Source: Rhynchopus sp. YZ270_cl-10
Taxonomy: Eukaryota
Length of the DNA stretch: 64,000 nucleotides
Reading direction: 5' to 3'
Assembly (NCBI GenBank): GCA_964035575.1
Contig: OZ037846.1
Location: forward strand, 1,054,001-1,118,000
The position numbers and the translations under genes were made by a program. Positions 1 to 15,998 of this stretch are shown one piece after another. The notes beneath the pieces are model-generated. The model searched no databases and had not been told where the DNA came from. It was given only the letters and a program-made list of their open reading frames with translations. Each line of letters starts with the position of its first letter. Within the stretch, counting starts at the first letter, position 1.

Positions 1-504
1 GGCACTGTGGGAGTTGCACAGCTTGCAGTGGGTGACGTGGTGCACAACACAGCTTTTGACCACATGAGCTGCAGGTTGACGACACTGACGATCACACTGG
101 AGCAGAGTGGAGGGAGTCTGGTGACGCTGCTTGGGAACTGTGTGTGTGTTGGGTGGAACGTGTCGCGATCTGCACCTGCACACATGGAGAACGCGATACG
201 GTTTGTGCAGCGCATGTCTGTGAAGTCTGCACTGAACGGGGCTGGTCTTGCAAGCGGTCCTGTGCAGCACGGGGATGTTGGTGCACGGAGCCAGCGCTTT
301 GTGACTGTGATGGGGGATGTTGTGCGTCGGAGTTGGGCGCTGTGCGAGGAGGCTGTGCGTGACGGGGTTGTGTGTCTGTACGAGCCTCCTGAAGGGACAA
401 CACTGCCGTCTGCACTTGAAGACGTTCTTGTCCGGCACAAGGGTTGTTACCGTGTCCTTGAGGTACAGGAGAACTGGGGCACGATCGATGTGTTGCAGTC
501 TTAA
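1..504 (+). CDS. 3' end of a type A membrane adenylate cyclase (degenerate second cyclase domain), truncated by the window edge
   Basis: Reads identical to 23191..23694, the C-terminal part of the 696-aa cyclase gene. Confidence 0.9.
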   Translation, partial: GTVGVAQLAVGDVVHNTAFDHMSCRLTTLTITLEQSGGSLVTLLGNCVCVGWNVSRSAPAHMENAIRFVQRMSVKSALNGAGLASGPVQHGDVGARSQRFVTVMGDVVRRSWALCEEAVRDGVVCLYEPPEGTTLPSALEDVLVRHKGCYRVLEVQENWGTIDVLQS

Positions 505-3273
505 TTTGTTGCAAAAATATATCTGTGGCAGCGAATTGTGGGGAAAATGCGTGCGATATTTTTGATGGTGTCTTGTTTGAATTCCCGACCTTGAGGTTTT
601 GTGATTGGTGCGCTGTTTTTTTGAGAAGTGCGGTTATTAATGCGCTGCTGACTTTCACTCACCACGTCCCCCTATTCCGACACCCCAAATGAGTCACTCC
701 CCCCCGGGTGGACTCCACCGTGTACCTGTGTGTGACCATACCCCAGATGGTCTGAAGAGTGATACGAGCATATTCTCCAGGTACAATATATACCCGGAGA
801 ATCCATTGGAGCAAGAATTTTGCACTTTGGAGCACCACAGATTACATGTTGCATGAGCACTGTGAATTGTTATGTCGAATAGCCTCAAGGTTCCGCACGT
901 CGGTTGGTCATGGATTCAAGTCACAAAGCAACAGAAAAAGTGGATTCATCCTCGGGTGTCTACACACAACCAGGTTTTCAAAAAAAAACAAAAAAGTAAA
1001 CACATTTCTTAAAAAAGGAGTTTCAGGAAATCGTTCCCTTTTACCAGGGTCTCTTTTTCTTTCCAATCACCTTCGCAACATTAGTGCCACTTCTGTCGCT
1101 CTTATAAGATCTTGTTACTTTCATTTCCTGCAAACAAGCAAAATGGGATGGCGACATCATCCCCTCACAACCGTCTTTTCTGGCATCGCAACCTAACCGT
1201 TCGGCCAGCCTCATCATAGGAGTGTCGTGTGTGATCTCCGCGCAGCCGGCAACTTGCTTCACGAAGCTTAAAATGTTTGCACGTGTCTGTGCCGCAGGGT
1301 GTCCCCGTTACTGACGTCAGTTCTTAGGTGTTTTTTTTTTTTATGTCAACCCAGTGTTTCCCAGCATCTCACCTAACTCTGAAAATAGGTGAGATTTTGC
1401 GGTTTTGCGGGTTTTTGTATAGGTGTGGCGAGCCCGGGCGCGCTTCGCGCGCCCGGGTCCCCACCTTAGCTCAAGTTGGGGGCCTCCGGCGGAATGTGAG
1501 AATTTCTCGGAGTTCGGCACTTCATTGATATTTGCACCAGGCACACGTGGTACACGAATTATCAGTAACCTCAGTACATTTACAAAATAAACGGCAGTCA
1601 TGGCAGGCATGGCACCCAAGCGAAGCCACGGTACGCAACATTTCTAATAATTGTTGACATAAATGTCACTGTCGTTGGAAGATTGGGGGGTCAGCTTGTT
1701 TTTGTGCCCAAAATTTCTCAGCACTGCCGACCAGGGACATTGGGAACATAGGGATTTTTGCGGAGCAAAAAAAAATCAAACAAATGGCGCCGCAGGCGAA
1801 AAAAAATTAGGGTACAGTGTAAAAATCTATCTTTTTTACAGCACATAGTCACACACCTAACCCTTTTTTGCGGAGCAAAAAAGGGAAAATGGCGCCGCAG
1901 GCAAAAAAAAATTGAGGTACAGCCTGGATGGTGCGGTCAGCAACCCAGTTCCCCATGGTACTCCCGTGGTTCAACCATGATTTTTTTTTTTTTTTTTTCC
2001 CCTGCAGGTGAGATTTCTCACCTCACTTTTTTTTTTTTTTTTTTTTTTTTTGTGAGATTTCTCACCCCAAAATCTCACCGTGGGAAACACTGTGTCAACC
2101 ACAAAATGGATGTAGGACTGCATGGTTGGGTGTCCACCCAGGTAGAGCCGGTCATACCAAGGTACACTCACGAGGTCTTTGTATTTCAAGTCAACTTTTT
2201 TTACGTACAACCTTAGAACCGGTATGCAGACACTGCTAACAGAGGTTTGTTCCTGCGTAGTGTGCGTGCAACTTCCGTTGCAGGCACATGCATGCGACCC
2301 TTTTCTGCCCTCGATTTTCACCCCCAATAATGCTTGTGGAAAATTTTACTGGTTTGAAAAATTGCATCGCCCCCCTTCATCGAAACCCCTCCACCAGCCA
2401 GAGAAGAAGGTCTAGCGGGTGCTTTTACACTGATCGGTCATAAACAATGGGCTGCCTGGATGCTGTGCTGTCGCTGGATGGGACACTGGACAAGAGACAG
2501 AGGCAGAAGCGGACGTTGTTCTTGGTACTCAACATAGCAGGGTTGATTCTGCAGACGCTTGGTTCACTTGAAGCCTATGCAGTGCCACGTGGACGGTACT
2601 TCTTTTACATTTCGAGTATTATCACCAGCTGTGCGTCTCTGTGTGCTATCGTGCTGGTGCTCTGCAAGTTCAAGGTCACGACGACGTCCATTATGATTCT
2701 TGCGTACATCTACAGCGTATCCACGTTTAGTGCAGACCTCACAGCGCGTGCTGCAGGGAACACTTCATGGCCTGTTCTCGTGCTTGTGGTTGATTTTGTG
2801 CTTGTGATGGAGGTGCCCGCCCACCACAGTATGGGTATCGTCAGTGTGGCAGTAGTCTACTTCGTGATCATGTCTGTGGAAGAGGCGTTCAGGTTCGGCA
2901 TCCTCGACATACCTGGTATCATGCCGCAGGAGGAGAGGCTTCACTACATGGAAGAGACGTACCAATGTACAGAGCTTCCCTGCCCTAATAACTCAGCGAA
3001 CTATCAGGTTGCTGCTGTTATTGTGTTTGTAACTGACTTCATCGCAACGCGAGGCTTCGCGCGTGGTCTCCTGAAGGAGCAGGAGTCAATGCAAACAACG
3101 ATCAACACCGTGCAGGAGATTGCGTCGTTGCTGGCTGGCTACGACGTGGAGCAGGTGGCGGAGCTGTTGAAGGCGCATGGGGGTGACCTGCCTGAGGGGA
3201 TGACAGAGGCACTTCGGAGACTGGAGGAGAACCTGCGTGTGTACAAGGCGTACCTCCCGCAGACGTGTCTGCC
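1..3273 (+). repeat. Segmental duplication copy 1 (>=3273 bp, direct repeat of 23191..26463)
   Basis: ORF track repeats at offset 23190; identity ends at gtgtctgcc|g (3274) vs gtgtctgcc|t (26464). Confidence 0.95.
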
Positions 3274-4165
3274 GTTTGCGACTGAAAGAGACGCTGAGCA
3301 ATCGTTCTCGGAATCCATGAGTGCAGGGGACGAGGCTGCAGACTCTGTGGAAAGGTCAGCGTCTTCATCTCTTCGTGCAGCAACGTTTATGCAGACAGTG
3401 AATCTTCAACAGTTGGGCCTTTCGTCTGCGAAGGTAACGCTGCTGACAGTGAACGTGAAGGACACACTGATCCGCTTGGTGGAAGACAGTGCATGTTTCT
3501 CGGACCTGTTCACAACTCTTCTTCTGAAGACGTTGCAGGGAACAGAGACAAGACGTGGGATGGTGGACGTGTTCATTGGTGACAGGATCCACTGCTCGTT
3601 CAACGCGTCGAAGCAGTGTGCGTCGCACGCAACCTCAGCACTGCACACAGCCACCCTGCTCATCAGAGGTGGTGTCACATCGTACGCGAACATGGGTGTT
3701 GCGACTGGGAAGGTGCTGCGTGGTGACATGGGTTGTGAGGTGATGCGTCGGTTCAGCATGGTGGGGGAGCTTGTGCGTGATGTGAACGGGCTGGAACGTG
3801 CGGGGCGTATGCTGGGGTGTGATGTGGTGTGCAACAGGATGTGCTTCAGCGATGCTGAGTGCGAACACCAGCTGCGTCTGCTTCCGTGCAAGGTGGAGGT
3901 TGTCTCTGGGTGTGAGGCACAGGTTGTGGCGGAACTGGTTGCAAATGAGGAGGAGGAGACAGCGGAAGAAGCAGACGAATGGATGTACATGATAGGTGGG
4001 AAGAAGCATTGGGAAGAGTACAACATTGCCGTGCGTGGGTACCTGCGTGGTGAGCAGTCTGACCTTGACGTTGCTATGGCATGGTCAGCTGCGGGAGGGG
4101 TTGGCACACCAGCACACGCAGTTCCTTCCGGGACGTGCAGTGTTGTGTGTTGTTACATTCGTTAA
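2447..4165 (+). CDS. Type B multi-pass membrane protein with degenerate (pseudo) class III cyclase domain, 572 aa
   Basis: Several hydrophobic N-terminal segments; family linker FARGLLKEQ..VYKAYLP; cyclase-like motifs TLLTVNVKDT, VDVFIGDRIHCSFN, MGVATG, FSMVGELVRDVNGLE. Confidence 0.85.
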   Translation: MGCLDAVLSLDGTLDKRQRQKRTLFLVLNIAGLILQTLGSLEAYAVPRGRYFFYISSIITSCASLCAIVLVLCKFKVTTTSIMILAYIYSVSTFSADLTARAAGNTSWPVLVLVVDFVLVMEVPAHHSMGIVSVAVVYFVIMSVEEAFRFGILDIPGIMPQEERLHYMEETYQCTELPCPNNSANYQVAAVIVFVTDFIATRGFARGLLKEQESMQTTINTVQEIASLLAGYDVEQVAELLKAHGGDLPEGMTEALRRLEENLRVYKAYLPQTCLPFATERDAEQSFSESMSAGDEAADSVERSASSSLRAATFMQTVNLQQLGLSSAKVTLLTVNVKDTLIRLVEDSACFSDLFTTLLLKTLQGTETRRGMVDVFIGDRIHCSFNASKQCASHATSALHTATLLIRGGVTSYANMGVATGKVLRGDMGCEVMRRFSMVGELVRDVNGLERAGRMLGCDVVCNRMCFSDAECEHQLRLLPCKVEVVSGCEAQVVAELVANEEEETAEEADEWMYMIGGKKHWEEYNIAVRGYLRGEQSDLDVAMAWSAAGGVGTPAHAVPSGTCSVVCCYIR

Positions 4166-4514
4166 GAAAGTGAGTATAGTAGGACAAGTAATACTGGCGA
4201 CGAAGAAAGTCGTCAATTACATAGAAGAAACCCCCCGAAATCCGCCAATATTTTTTTGGTCGACAAGTTATTTGGTGGGATGGAGGTTCTTATTGACACA
4301 AAATAGCAGAAGGCCAAAAAAGGTGTACGTAAAAAGGTATCTTTCAAGAAAGTCGAACATTAGTTCCACGACACGCGCACTCAGCCACCCAAAAATACAC
4401 GTGGTGAGTCGAAGGGAGGCACAAAAACGTTAGGGTAGTGTAACTTTTTCGGTCTGTTACCGTTATTTTGGTGTTCGAAAAACCCGGCGGGCGGCGGAGA
4501 AAAAAAGTTACCTA

Positions 4515-6462
4515 CCCCCCCCCGTAGGGGGAGCCACGTATAAGGAAATCCTTAAGGATTTGCTGTCCGAAACCCATTTTTTTGAAATTTGGGTGAAGAA
4601 ACCCACTAAAATGGGCGTACCTGGCCGCAAATCGCCCTGGGGATCACCCATATATCCCAATAAACCACCCGACGACCTTCACAGAGCATTTCTTGTCCCA
4701 AAAAAATCGATTTTTTGTGAAAAAACACCCCAAAAGTGCGTAACGCTCGCGTAACGCTTGGGGGCCAAAATTTAACACTTGCCAAGAAATTTCTCTTATC
4801 AGACAAAACTCCTTCTAAACACCCGAAAAACACCTCAGTCCACATCCGCTGGGGTCCCGGGGTGGAAATGTATGGTTTTTGGGGCTTTTAGGGGTCCTGG
4901 GAGGGTCCCAGGCGTATTTATGAGGGACGGAACCGCTTATAATGCCCGAAATTACCTCTTTTTTAGGGTGCTTTTTCACCTTAAAAATTCAAAAAAAAGT
5001 GCTCAGACAATCACAGAAGTGACAAAACCCCCTCGGAACTACTCGCTAGACCCCCTGCGGGGTGGAGAATCATATTTGCGATCACTTTTTGGGCTATTTT
5101 GCCTAAAATAACCCCGTGTCCCACTTTTGTCCCACTTGTCCCAAAATGGGGTATTTTAGGCCATTTTGGGACAAGTGAGGCACAAGTGAGGCACGTGATT
5201 ATTTCGGGAAAAATAGCCGAAAAAGTGATCGCAAATATGATTCTCCACCCCGCAGGGGGTCTGGCGAGTAGTTCCGAGGGGGTTTTGTCACTTCTGTGAT
5301 TGTCTGAGCACTTTTTTTTGAATTTTTAAGGTGAAAAAGCACCCTAAAAAAGAGGTAATTTCGGGCATTATAAGCGGTTCCGTCCCTCATAAATACGCCT
5401 GGGACCCTCCCAGGACCCCTAAAAGCCCCAAAAACCATACATTTCCACCCCGGGACCCCAGCGGATGTGGACTGAGGTGTTTTTCGGGTGTTTAGAAGGA
5501 GTTTTGTCTGATAAGAGAAATTTCTTGGCAAGTGTTAAATTTTGGCCCCCAAGCGTTACGCGAGCGTTACGCACTTTTGGGGTGTTTTTTCACAAAAAAA
5601 CCCATTTTTTTGGGACAAGAAATGCTCTGTGAAGGTCGTCAGGTGGTTTATTGGGATATATGGGTGATCCCCAGGGCGATTTGCGGCCAGGTACGCCTAT
5701 TTTAGTGGATTTCTTCACCGAAATTTCAAAAAAATGGGTTTTGGACAGCAAAACGCCTTTGGTGGCTCCCCCTAACCCCCCCCCGTGCATAAGTCTGCGT
5801 ATAAGTCCGATTTTTGGGGGGGCTGAGGGCCTCCGGACTTATACACGGGGTTTCGGACTTATGCACGGGTATCGGACTTATACACCGGTTTTGTGCACCC
5901 AGGTACCCAGACCCATGCAGGGTCACATGACCTCAGTGTGAGTGACCCACATGTGACACCGCAAAATTTACCCTGTCTTCGTGCACCTTCGGCACAACGC
6001 CGCAGACAGGCCAAACAGCGTTGGAGGAATGCTTGCTGTGCAGGTATCAAACATGAGAACCCACTCAACAAGGGACACCTTTTGGCTGTTGAGACTGTTT
6101 GGGGTGCAAAGTTTTCCACAATGTTGCAGTAACAGGTGCACATCTTTGAGCATTGTGAGGATGATGTTTTGACATGAGAAGCGTGAAGATGATCCCTGGT
6201 GAATACACCACCAATAAAAATAAAGTTACGCTCGCTTCGCTCGCGGAAAAATACCTCAATTTTTTTCTCCCGCTCGCTTCGCGAGCGGGAAAACGCCTCA
6301 AAAAAATTTCTCCCCACCACTAGTACACAAAACCGGTGTATAAGTCGGCCTGTGCATAAGTCCGATCCTGAGCCCAAATCTGCCCGGACTTATACACGGG
6401 TCATCGGACTTATGCACGGGTCATGGGGGTCGGACTTTATGCACGGGGGGGGGGGGGGGGGG
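4515..6462. mobile_element. TA-flanked TIR element with subterminal CGGACTTAT(A/G)CAC repeats, interrupted by a foldback element
   Basis: Reconstructed left end TA-C9-GTGCATAAG; right end TTATGCAC-Gn-TA; about 5 motif copies per end (5785-5890, 6325-6445). Confidence 0.65.
4525..5774. mobile_element. Foldback (near-complete palindrome) element, ~600-bp arms, Mutator/Foldback-like
   Basis: Termini TAGGGGGAGCCAC / GTGGCTCCCCCTA; near-identical 110-aa ORF on opposite strands (4779+, 5531-); flanked by direct ACCCCCCCCCG (4514-4524, 5775-5785). Confidence 0.85.
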
Positions 6463-6702
6463 TAGGTATGAAGAAAAAAAAGTTTTACCAGGGGGAAAAA
6501 AGTTATGAAGATATTTTCTTACATTTTTCCAGAGTTTTCTTCACAGTCAAATCCTTATTTTCGTGACGTGTAGCTTGTTTTCTCTTGCGTGTAGCATTTT
6601 GTGTCTTCTCATTATCATGTTGCCTGGGTACCTAGGTTCCTGGACACCGGGTGTCTGGTTCCCAGAATGACTGGGTACCAGAAAGTTATAGGTACTACAG
6701 TG

Positions 6703-6995
6703 TGTACAGTGTACAGTGTACAGTGTACAGTGTACAGTGTACAGTGTACAGTGTACAGTGTACAGTGTACAGTGTACAGTGTACAGTGTACAGTGTACAG
6801 TGTACAGTGTACAGTGTACAGTGTACAGTGTACAGTGTACAGTGTACAGTGTACAGTGTACAGTGTACAGTGTACAGTGTACAGTGTACAGTGTACAGTG
6901 TACAGTGTACAGTGTACAGTGTACAGTGTACAGTGTACAGTGTACAGTGTACAGTGTACAGTGTACAGTGTACAGTGTACAGTGTACAGTGTACA
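6703..6995. repeat. (TGTACAG)41 microsatellite
   Basis: Perfect 7-mer run. Confidence 0.97.
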
Positions 6996-9586
6996 AGAAA
7001 ACACTCGAGAAGGAAAACGACTTTTCTCTCGAGAAAAAATTGCTTACTCACCAAGTGATCGTGAGGTGCTCTAGGTATGGGCCCTGTACAGCCCCACCCA
7101 CATCTTTCCTATAGAACCTCTTCATAACTTTTTTCCCTAGGTACTTTCTACATAACTTTTTTTTTTTGGTTTTCAAAAAATCCGGCGGGCGGTAACGGTA
7201 ACAGGCTGAAAAAGTTACACTACCCTTACCAAAAATCGTGATAAAAGCTACTTCCCAACGCAATGTAGGGGGGTCCTAGCTAGGCCGGGGCTCTGTCGGA
7301 AAAACTATTTTTTTTTAAAAATATGCCTAAGTCCCCGAAAACACACGGAATTGCTCCAGAACACATTTTTTCCAGTGTCCCGCAGTGTCCCACCACTGTT
7401 TTTTGGTTTTTGTGGCATAAAAAATACAAAAAAAAATACATGGTTCTATAGGGGCCGAGTACAATGGCGTTTTTCACGTATTTTTCATGATTTTTCAAAT
7501 TTGGCAAAATTCAAGTCAAATACCAGACATTCTCCCCCCCACCTCGTTATGTCACCAACATGCAGGGCGTTCGCCCCGGGGCGAAAAATATTTTTTTTCG
7601 TTAAAAAAATCTTTTCCTGAAAAAATGACGTTTTATTTCGCCCCAGGGCTTCGCCCCACCGGGGCGAAACCCTGTATAAATAAATAAATAAATAAAAAAA
7701 GGGGAAAAAAAAAAAAAAAAGAGAGACAGATTTCTCCCCACCACCCTGTAGACCCCCCCGGAGGGGGGGTCGCAGAGGGGTGTCCACTGTACTCAAAATC
7801 ATCCGCAAACCCGCCTGCCGTGAGAGGAAGTTTCCCCAGCACTCCCGCTCGCTCCTCAATCCTGCAGTCTGCTGAAGGTGTACCGTACCCCCTGTTATAG
7901 AAGGTGTCACTGCTCGTGTCAACTCTATCTTCAATGGCAGAGAGTTGAAAATAATCAAAATAAGGATGAAGTCTCATATGACGGATGCCTCTCTCTTGTA
8001 CATCTGCTTGATTAAACAACACAAAGAGACCCTCAGTGAGGGGGGATTGATGAAATTCTCCATCGTTTTGCTGGTTTTAGTATCAGGAAAGTTCAGCTGT
8101 AATATCACTTGTGCTGGGGAAGGGATCACGCACAAATCGCAAATTTTTTTTGACCATTCAGTACCAGGGATTCACCCCACGAACTAACTTCTCTCCGGCG
8201 GGGAAAATTTTTTTGACCTATTTTAAGCACTAGTAAAAAAACGAAAATTTCGGGGTTTTTGGCATTTCGCCACGATCAGGAAAAAACGATGGCGATAGCG
8301 AACGCCCTGCCAACATGTCCAAAAAAAAGATGTTTTTCCATTTTGTATTCTACCCCCAGTGTAACATAAAATTCCACATTTCCACCAAAATCCACAAACC
8401 CAGCGTCACACACAGGCTAATATCGCTCCGAAAATGTCCGTCATTGTTTCAGTTATTTGACAACAGTTCTGCAGGCGCACTTTCGTAGGGTACCTAATGT
8501 CACTATTTGGGCACATTTGGAGGTGTTGCAACGGTGCGCTCTTAAATCTGCCGTCATTGTTTCAGTTATTTGACAACAGTTCTTCAGGCGCACTTTCGTA
8601 GGGTATCTAATGTCACTATTTGGGCACATTTGGAAGTGTTGCAACGGTGCGCTCTTAAATCTGCCGTCATTGTTTCAGTTATTTGACAACAGTTCTGCAG
8701 GCGCACTTTCGTAGGGTACCTAATGTCACTATTTGGGCACATTTGGAGGTGTTGCAACGGTGCGCTCTTAAATCTGCCGTCATTGTTTCAGTTATTTGAC
8801 AACAGTTCTTCAGGCGCACTTTCGTAGGGTATCTAATGTCACTATTTGGGCACATTTGGAGGTGTTACAGCGGTGCGCTCTTAAATCTGCCGTCATTGTT
8901 TCAGTTATTTGACAACAGTTCTTCAGGCGCACTTTCGTAGGGTATCTAATGTCACTATTTGGGCACATTTGGAGGTGTTGCAACGGTGCGCTCTTAAATC
9001 TGCCGTCATTGTTTCAGTTATTTGACAACAGTTCTGCAGGCGCACTTTCGTAGGGTATCTAATGTCACTATTTGGGCACATTTGGAAGTGTTGCAACGGT
9101 GCGCTCTTAAATCTGCCGTCATTGTTTCAGTTATTTGACAACAGTTCTGCAGGCGCACTTTCGTAGGGTACCTAATGTCACTATTTGGGCACATTTGGAG
9201 GTGTTGCAACGGTGCGCTCTTAAATCTGCCGTCATTGTTTCAGTTATTTGACAACAGTTCTTCAGGCGCACTTTCGTAGGGTACCTAATGTCACTATTTG
9301 GGCACATTTGGAAGTGTTGCAACGGTGCGCTCTTAAATCTGCCGTCATTGTTTCAGTTATTTGACAACAGTTCTGCAGGCGCACTTTCGTAGGGTATCTA
9401 ATGTCACTATTTGGGCACATTTGGAAGTGTTGCAACGGTGCGCTCTTAAATCTGCCGTCATTGTTTCAGTTATTTGACAACAGTTCTTCAGGCGCACTTT
9501 CGTAGGGTATCTAATGTCACTATTTGGGCACATTTGGAGGTGTTACAGCGGTGCGCTCTTAAATCTGCCGTCATTGTTTCAGTTAT

Positions 9587-13696
<4,110 letters not shown>

Positions 13697-15137
13697 GCCC
13701 TTTGGCAACTTGTTCGTTTGGGGTTGGGGCTGTCGCTGCAGGGATTATTGTGGTGTTTGGCTTGTTAACGATTTTACGTATTTTGTTCTAGTTATCTTCT
13801 CTTCTTTCAGTTCCGGGTTATATTCTTATGTTTGTTTCAAAATTACGTCATTCGTTCCTTTCTTGACAAAACGTTACTAATGCCCCATCACCCTTTTCCA
13901 TTGTCCTGGCCCTCCTTTCCCGTCCGGGAAGGGCTGGGGTTGGGGTTTGATTGGTGAAGATTAGGTTGTATTTTGCATTATTGGGGGTTGGGTTGCTTGG
14001 GTTGCTTGGGTTGGGTTGGGTTGGTTGGGTTGGTTTGTATTTTTATCGTTAGGTTTTATGTTATGTTCAGTTTCTTTCTTCTTGCTTCAACCAACAATGA
14101 CTAAACGAAGATACCCAAATCCCCAAGTTTATAAAGCACCTCTTTCCATTTTCCTGGCCCTCCCTTTCCATCCAACCCACCCCCGGCACTGACTCTTACA
14201 ACTGATCCCAGATTCTGTTCCAGATGTAATGATTCGATGTGTTTCGGTAACATGGTATGGTGCAAATTGGTCGCTGCCTGAAGTATCCGTAATTGAATTA
14301 GTTCTGCATTCTGTGATCAGTCTTATGAGTGTATGCTGCAGGCGACAATTGAAAATTGTATTGTGCTAATTGGTGGTCACCTGAAGTATCCGTAATTGAA
14401 CTAGTTATGAAATCTGTTGTCAGTCTTATGAATGCTGCATGCTCTACCGACAATTGAAACGTTTCAAACAACATTGTTTTGTGCTAATTCACCCCCGAGA
14501 GTCCCCGACCCCATACAACACTTTTTTCGTGAAGTACGTTGAGAACATTTTTGACAGGTCGCTGACCGATTTCCGAAAGCAGCGGGCAGGGCTTCCGCCA
14601 AGGTGACCGGAGTGGCCATGGCCCACTCGGAGAGAAATGGGGTTTAGGAGGTTGTGGATGAGCCTTAGTTGTCATGCGACCCCACCGTGCAGAGCATTTG
14701 GCTCGCTGTGTCAAAAGAAGTGGACGAAAAGGGGAGTGGTGAATTTTCCAGTGTCCCGCAGTGTCGCACCACTTATTTTTTCCGCATTTTGAGGGGGGGG
14801 GGGGGGGGGGGGGAAATGCAAAATGAAAACAAAATTTTGGTAGATTCACAGAATTCAGATTTTTGCTAAGGTGCTGGCAGCTGTCCCCAAAAAAAAAATA
14901 TCTCCCCCCCACATTTTTTGGTCCTGGGTCAGGGCTATCGGTAAGAAGGGGTTTTGGGGGGCATCATATATCATATTTCATATTTCAAAATCATATTTCA
15001 AAAAAAAAAAAAAAAAACACGAGTTTACGGGCAAAAACCCATTCCGAGCTTTCGGCCCCGCACGTTGGCGGGGCATCTCCCCTCATATGTGGATATGTCC
15101 GGAAAATGCGTTGCAGCGCGACACTGACCTGGACGAA

Positions 15138-15998
15138 ATGGAGTGTCTGAAGTTCCTAGGGAAAGGCAGGAACGAGAACTCGTGGCAGAGACAAACATTT
15201 CCCGAGGTGCTTGAGATGCGTGAACGGCTCAAGTTCCTCTACTTTGTGGATCAGCGTGCAATCTGCAAAGCTGCGGCGGACGTTCTGCATAGTCGTAAGC
15301 GAACTCGTAAAGCTCTGGAAGCCGCGCTGCGCGAACCGCTCCACATCTGGGTAGAGGGTGTGAAAGAGTCCCTGCCATTCCTGCAACAAGATGGCATCAA
15401 CAGCATACCCGATGTGCGCATTGATTCTGAGCTGGCGGAGTACACGTTTGCTCTGGAGATGAAACACCTCCCGCAAGAACATGTCACGGAGGTTGTGGCA
15501 TGGAAAGGGTGTGTCAGCGCAGGTCTCTCTACGCAGAAAGCAGCGGGCAGCACCGCCGTCACTCATGTTCTGGTCTCTGAGTCCATCGAGATTGAGGACT
15601 CACAAAGACTCTCTGTGTCAGGGAGTGTCACGCAAGCGGCATTGGAGGATGCGTTGACCCTACCCCCGGAGCAGAGTCTTGAGTTTGGATCATTCCTTTC
15701 CGTTGCTGATCCGGCGGCGACTCTAGCTGACAGTGATGCCCCCATGTGGATGAGCCTCATGCCGAGGGTTTTTCGTTGTGTCTGTCCCCTTGGCTGGAAT
15801 ATGTGCGAGCGTGCGAGAGACGTTATGTGTTCCGTACAAGATTTTTTGATGGAGGCTGTAACGGCGGCAGTGAGAGAAATGGAGGGGGGTATAAGCAAGA
15901 AAAAACTGGGGGGATTGTCTCAGATAGATACATTGTGTGTGGAAGTTGAAAATTTTTTAACTGTGGTGGTGAGTTTGCAGTCGTCGGTTACGTCTTAA
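15138..15998 (+). CDS. Hypothetical protein; apparent 5'-truncated paralog of the region after the C48 domain of the 9587 ORF (may be a pseudogene)
   Basis: KFLYFVDQ~GLLFFLDV; LHIWVEGV~MRAWEEQV; GINSIPDVRIDSELAEYTFALEMK~GIDSVLCEVRLKGDSLTDCFLALEVK; ATG 15138 in frame with ORF 14871..15998. Confidence 0.55.
   Translation: MECLKFLGKGRNENSWQRQTFPEVLEMRERLKFLYFVDQRAICKAAADVLHSRKRTRKALEAALREPLHIWVEGVKESLPFLQQDGINSIPDVRIDSELAEYTFALEMKHLPQEHVTEVVAWKGCVSAGLSTQKAAGSTAVTHVLVSESIEIEDSQRLSVSGSVTQAALEDALTLPPEQSLEFGSFLSVADPAATLADSDAPMWMSLMPRVFRCVCPLGWNMCERARDVMCSVQDFLMEAVTAAVREMEGGISKKKLGGLSQIDTLCVEVENFLTVVVSLQSSVTS

Larger units (their letters stand above)
4433..7225. mobile_element. PIF/Harbinger-like non-autonomous TIR element
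   Basis: TIR GGGTAGTGTAACTTTTTC(G/A)G(T/C)CTGTTACCGTTA at both ends; TTA at 4430-4432 and 7226-7228. Confidence 0.8.

Noticed and set aside
4779..5531. Twin 110-aa ORFs on opposite strands
   Set aside because: Consequence of the palindrome; no protein-like signal
7563..7674. CAGGG..CCCTG hAT-like MITE
   Set aside because: Inverted ends present but no 8-bp TSD
7750..8190. Possible transposase remnant in the 11.75-kb element (also 18020-18400)
   Set aside because: Short broken frames with no DDE or Zn-finger motif; needs tBLASTx
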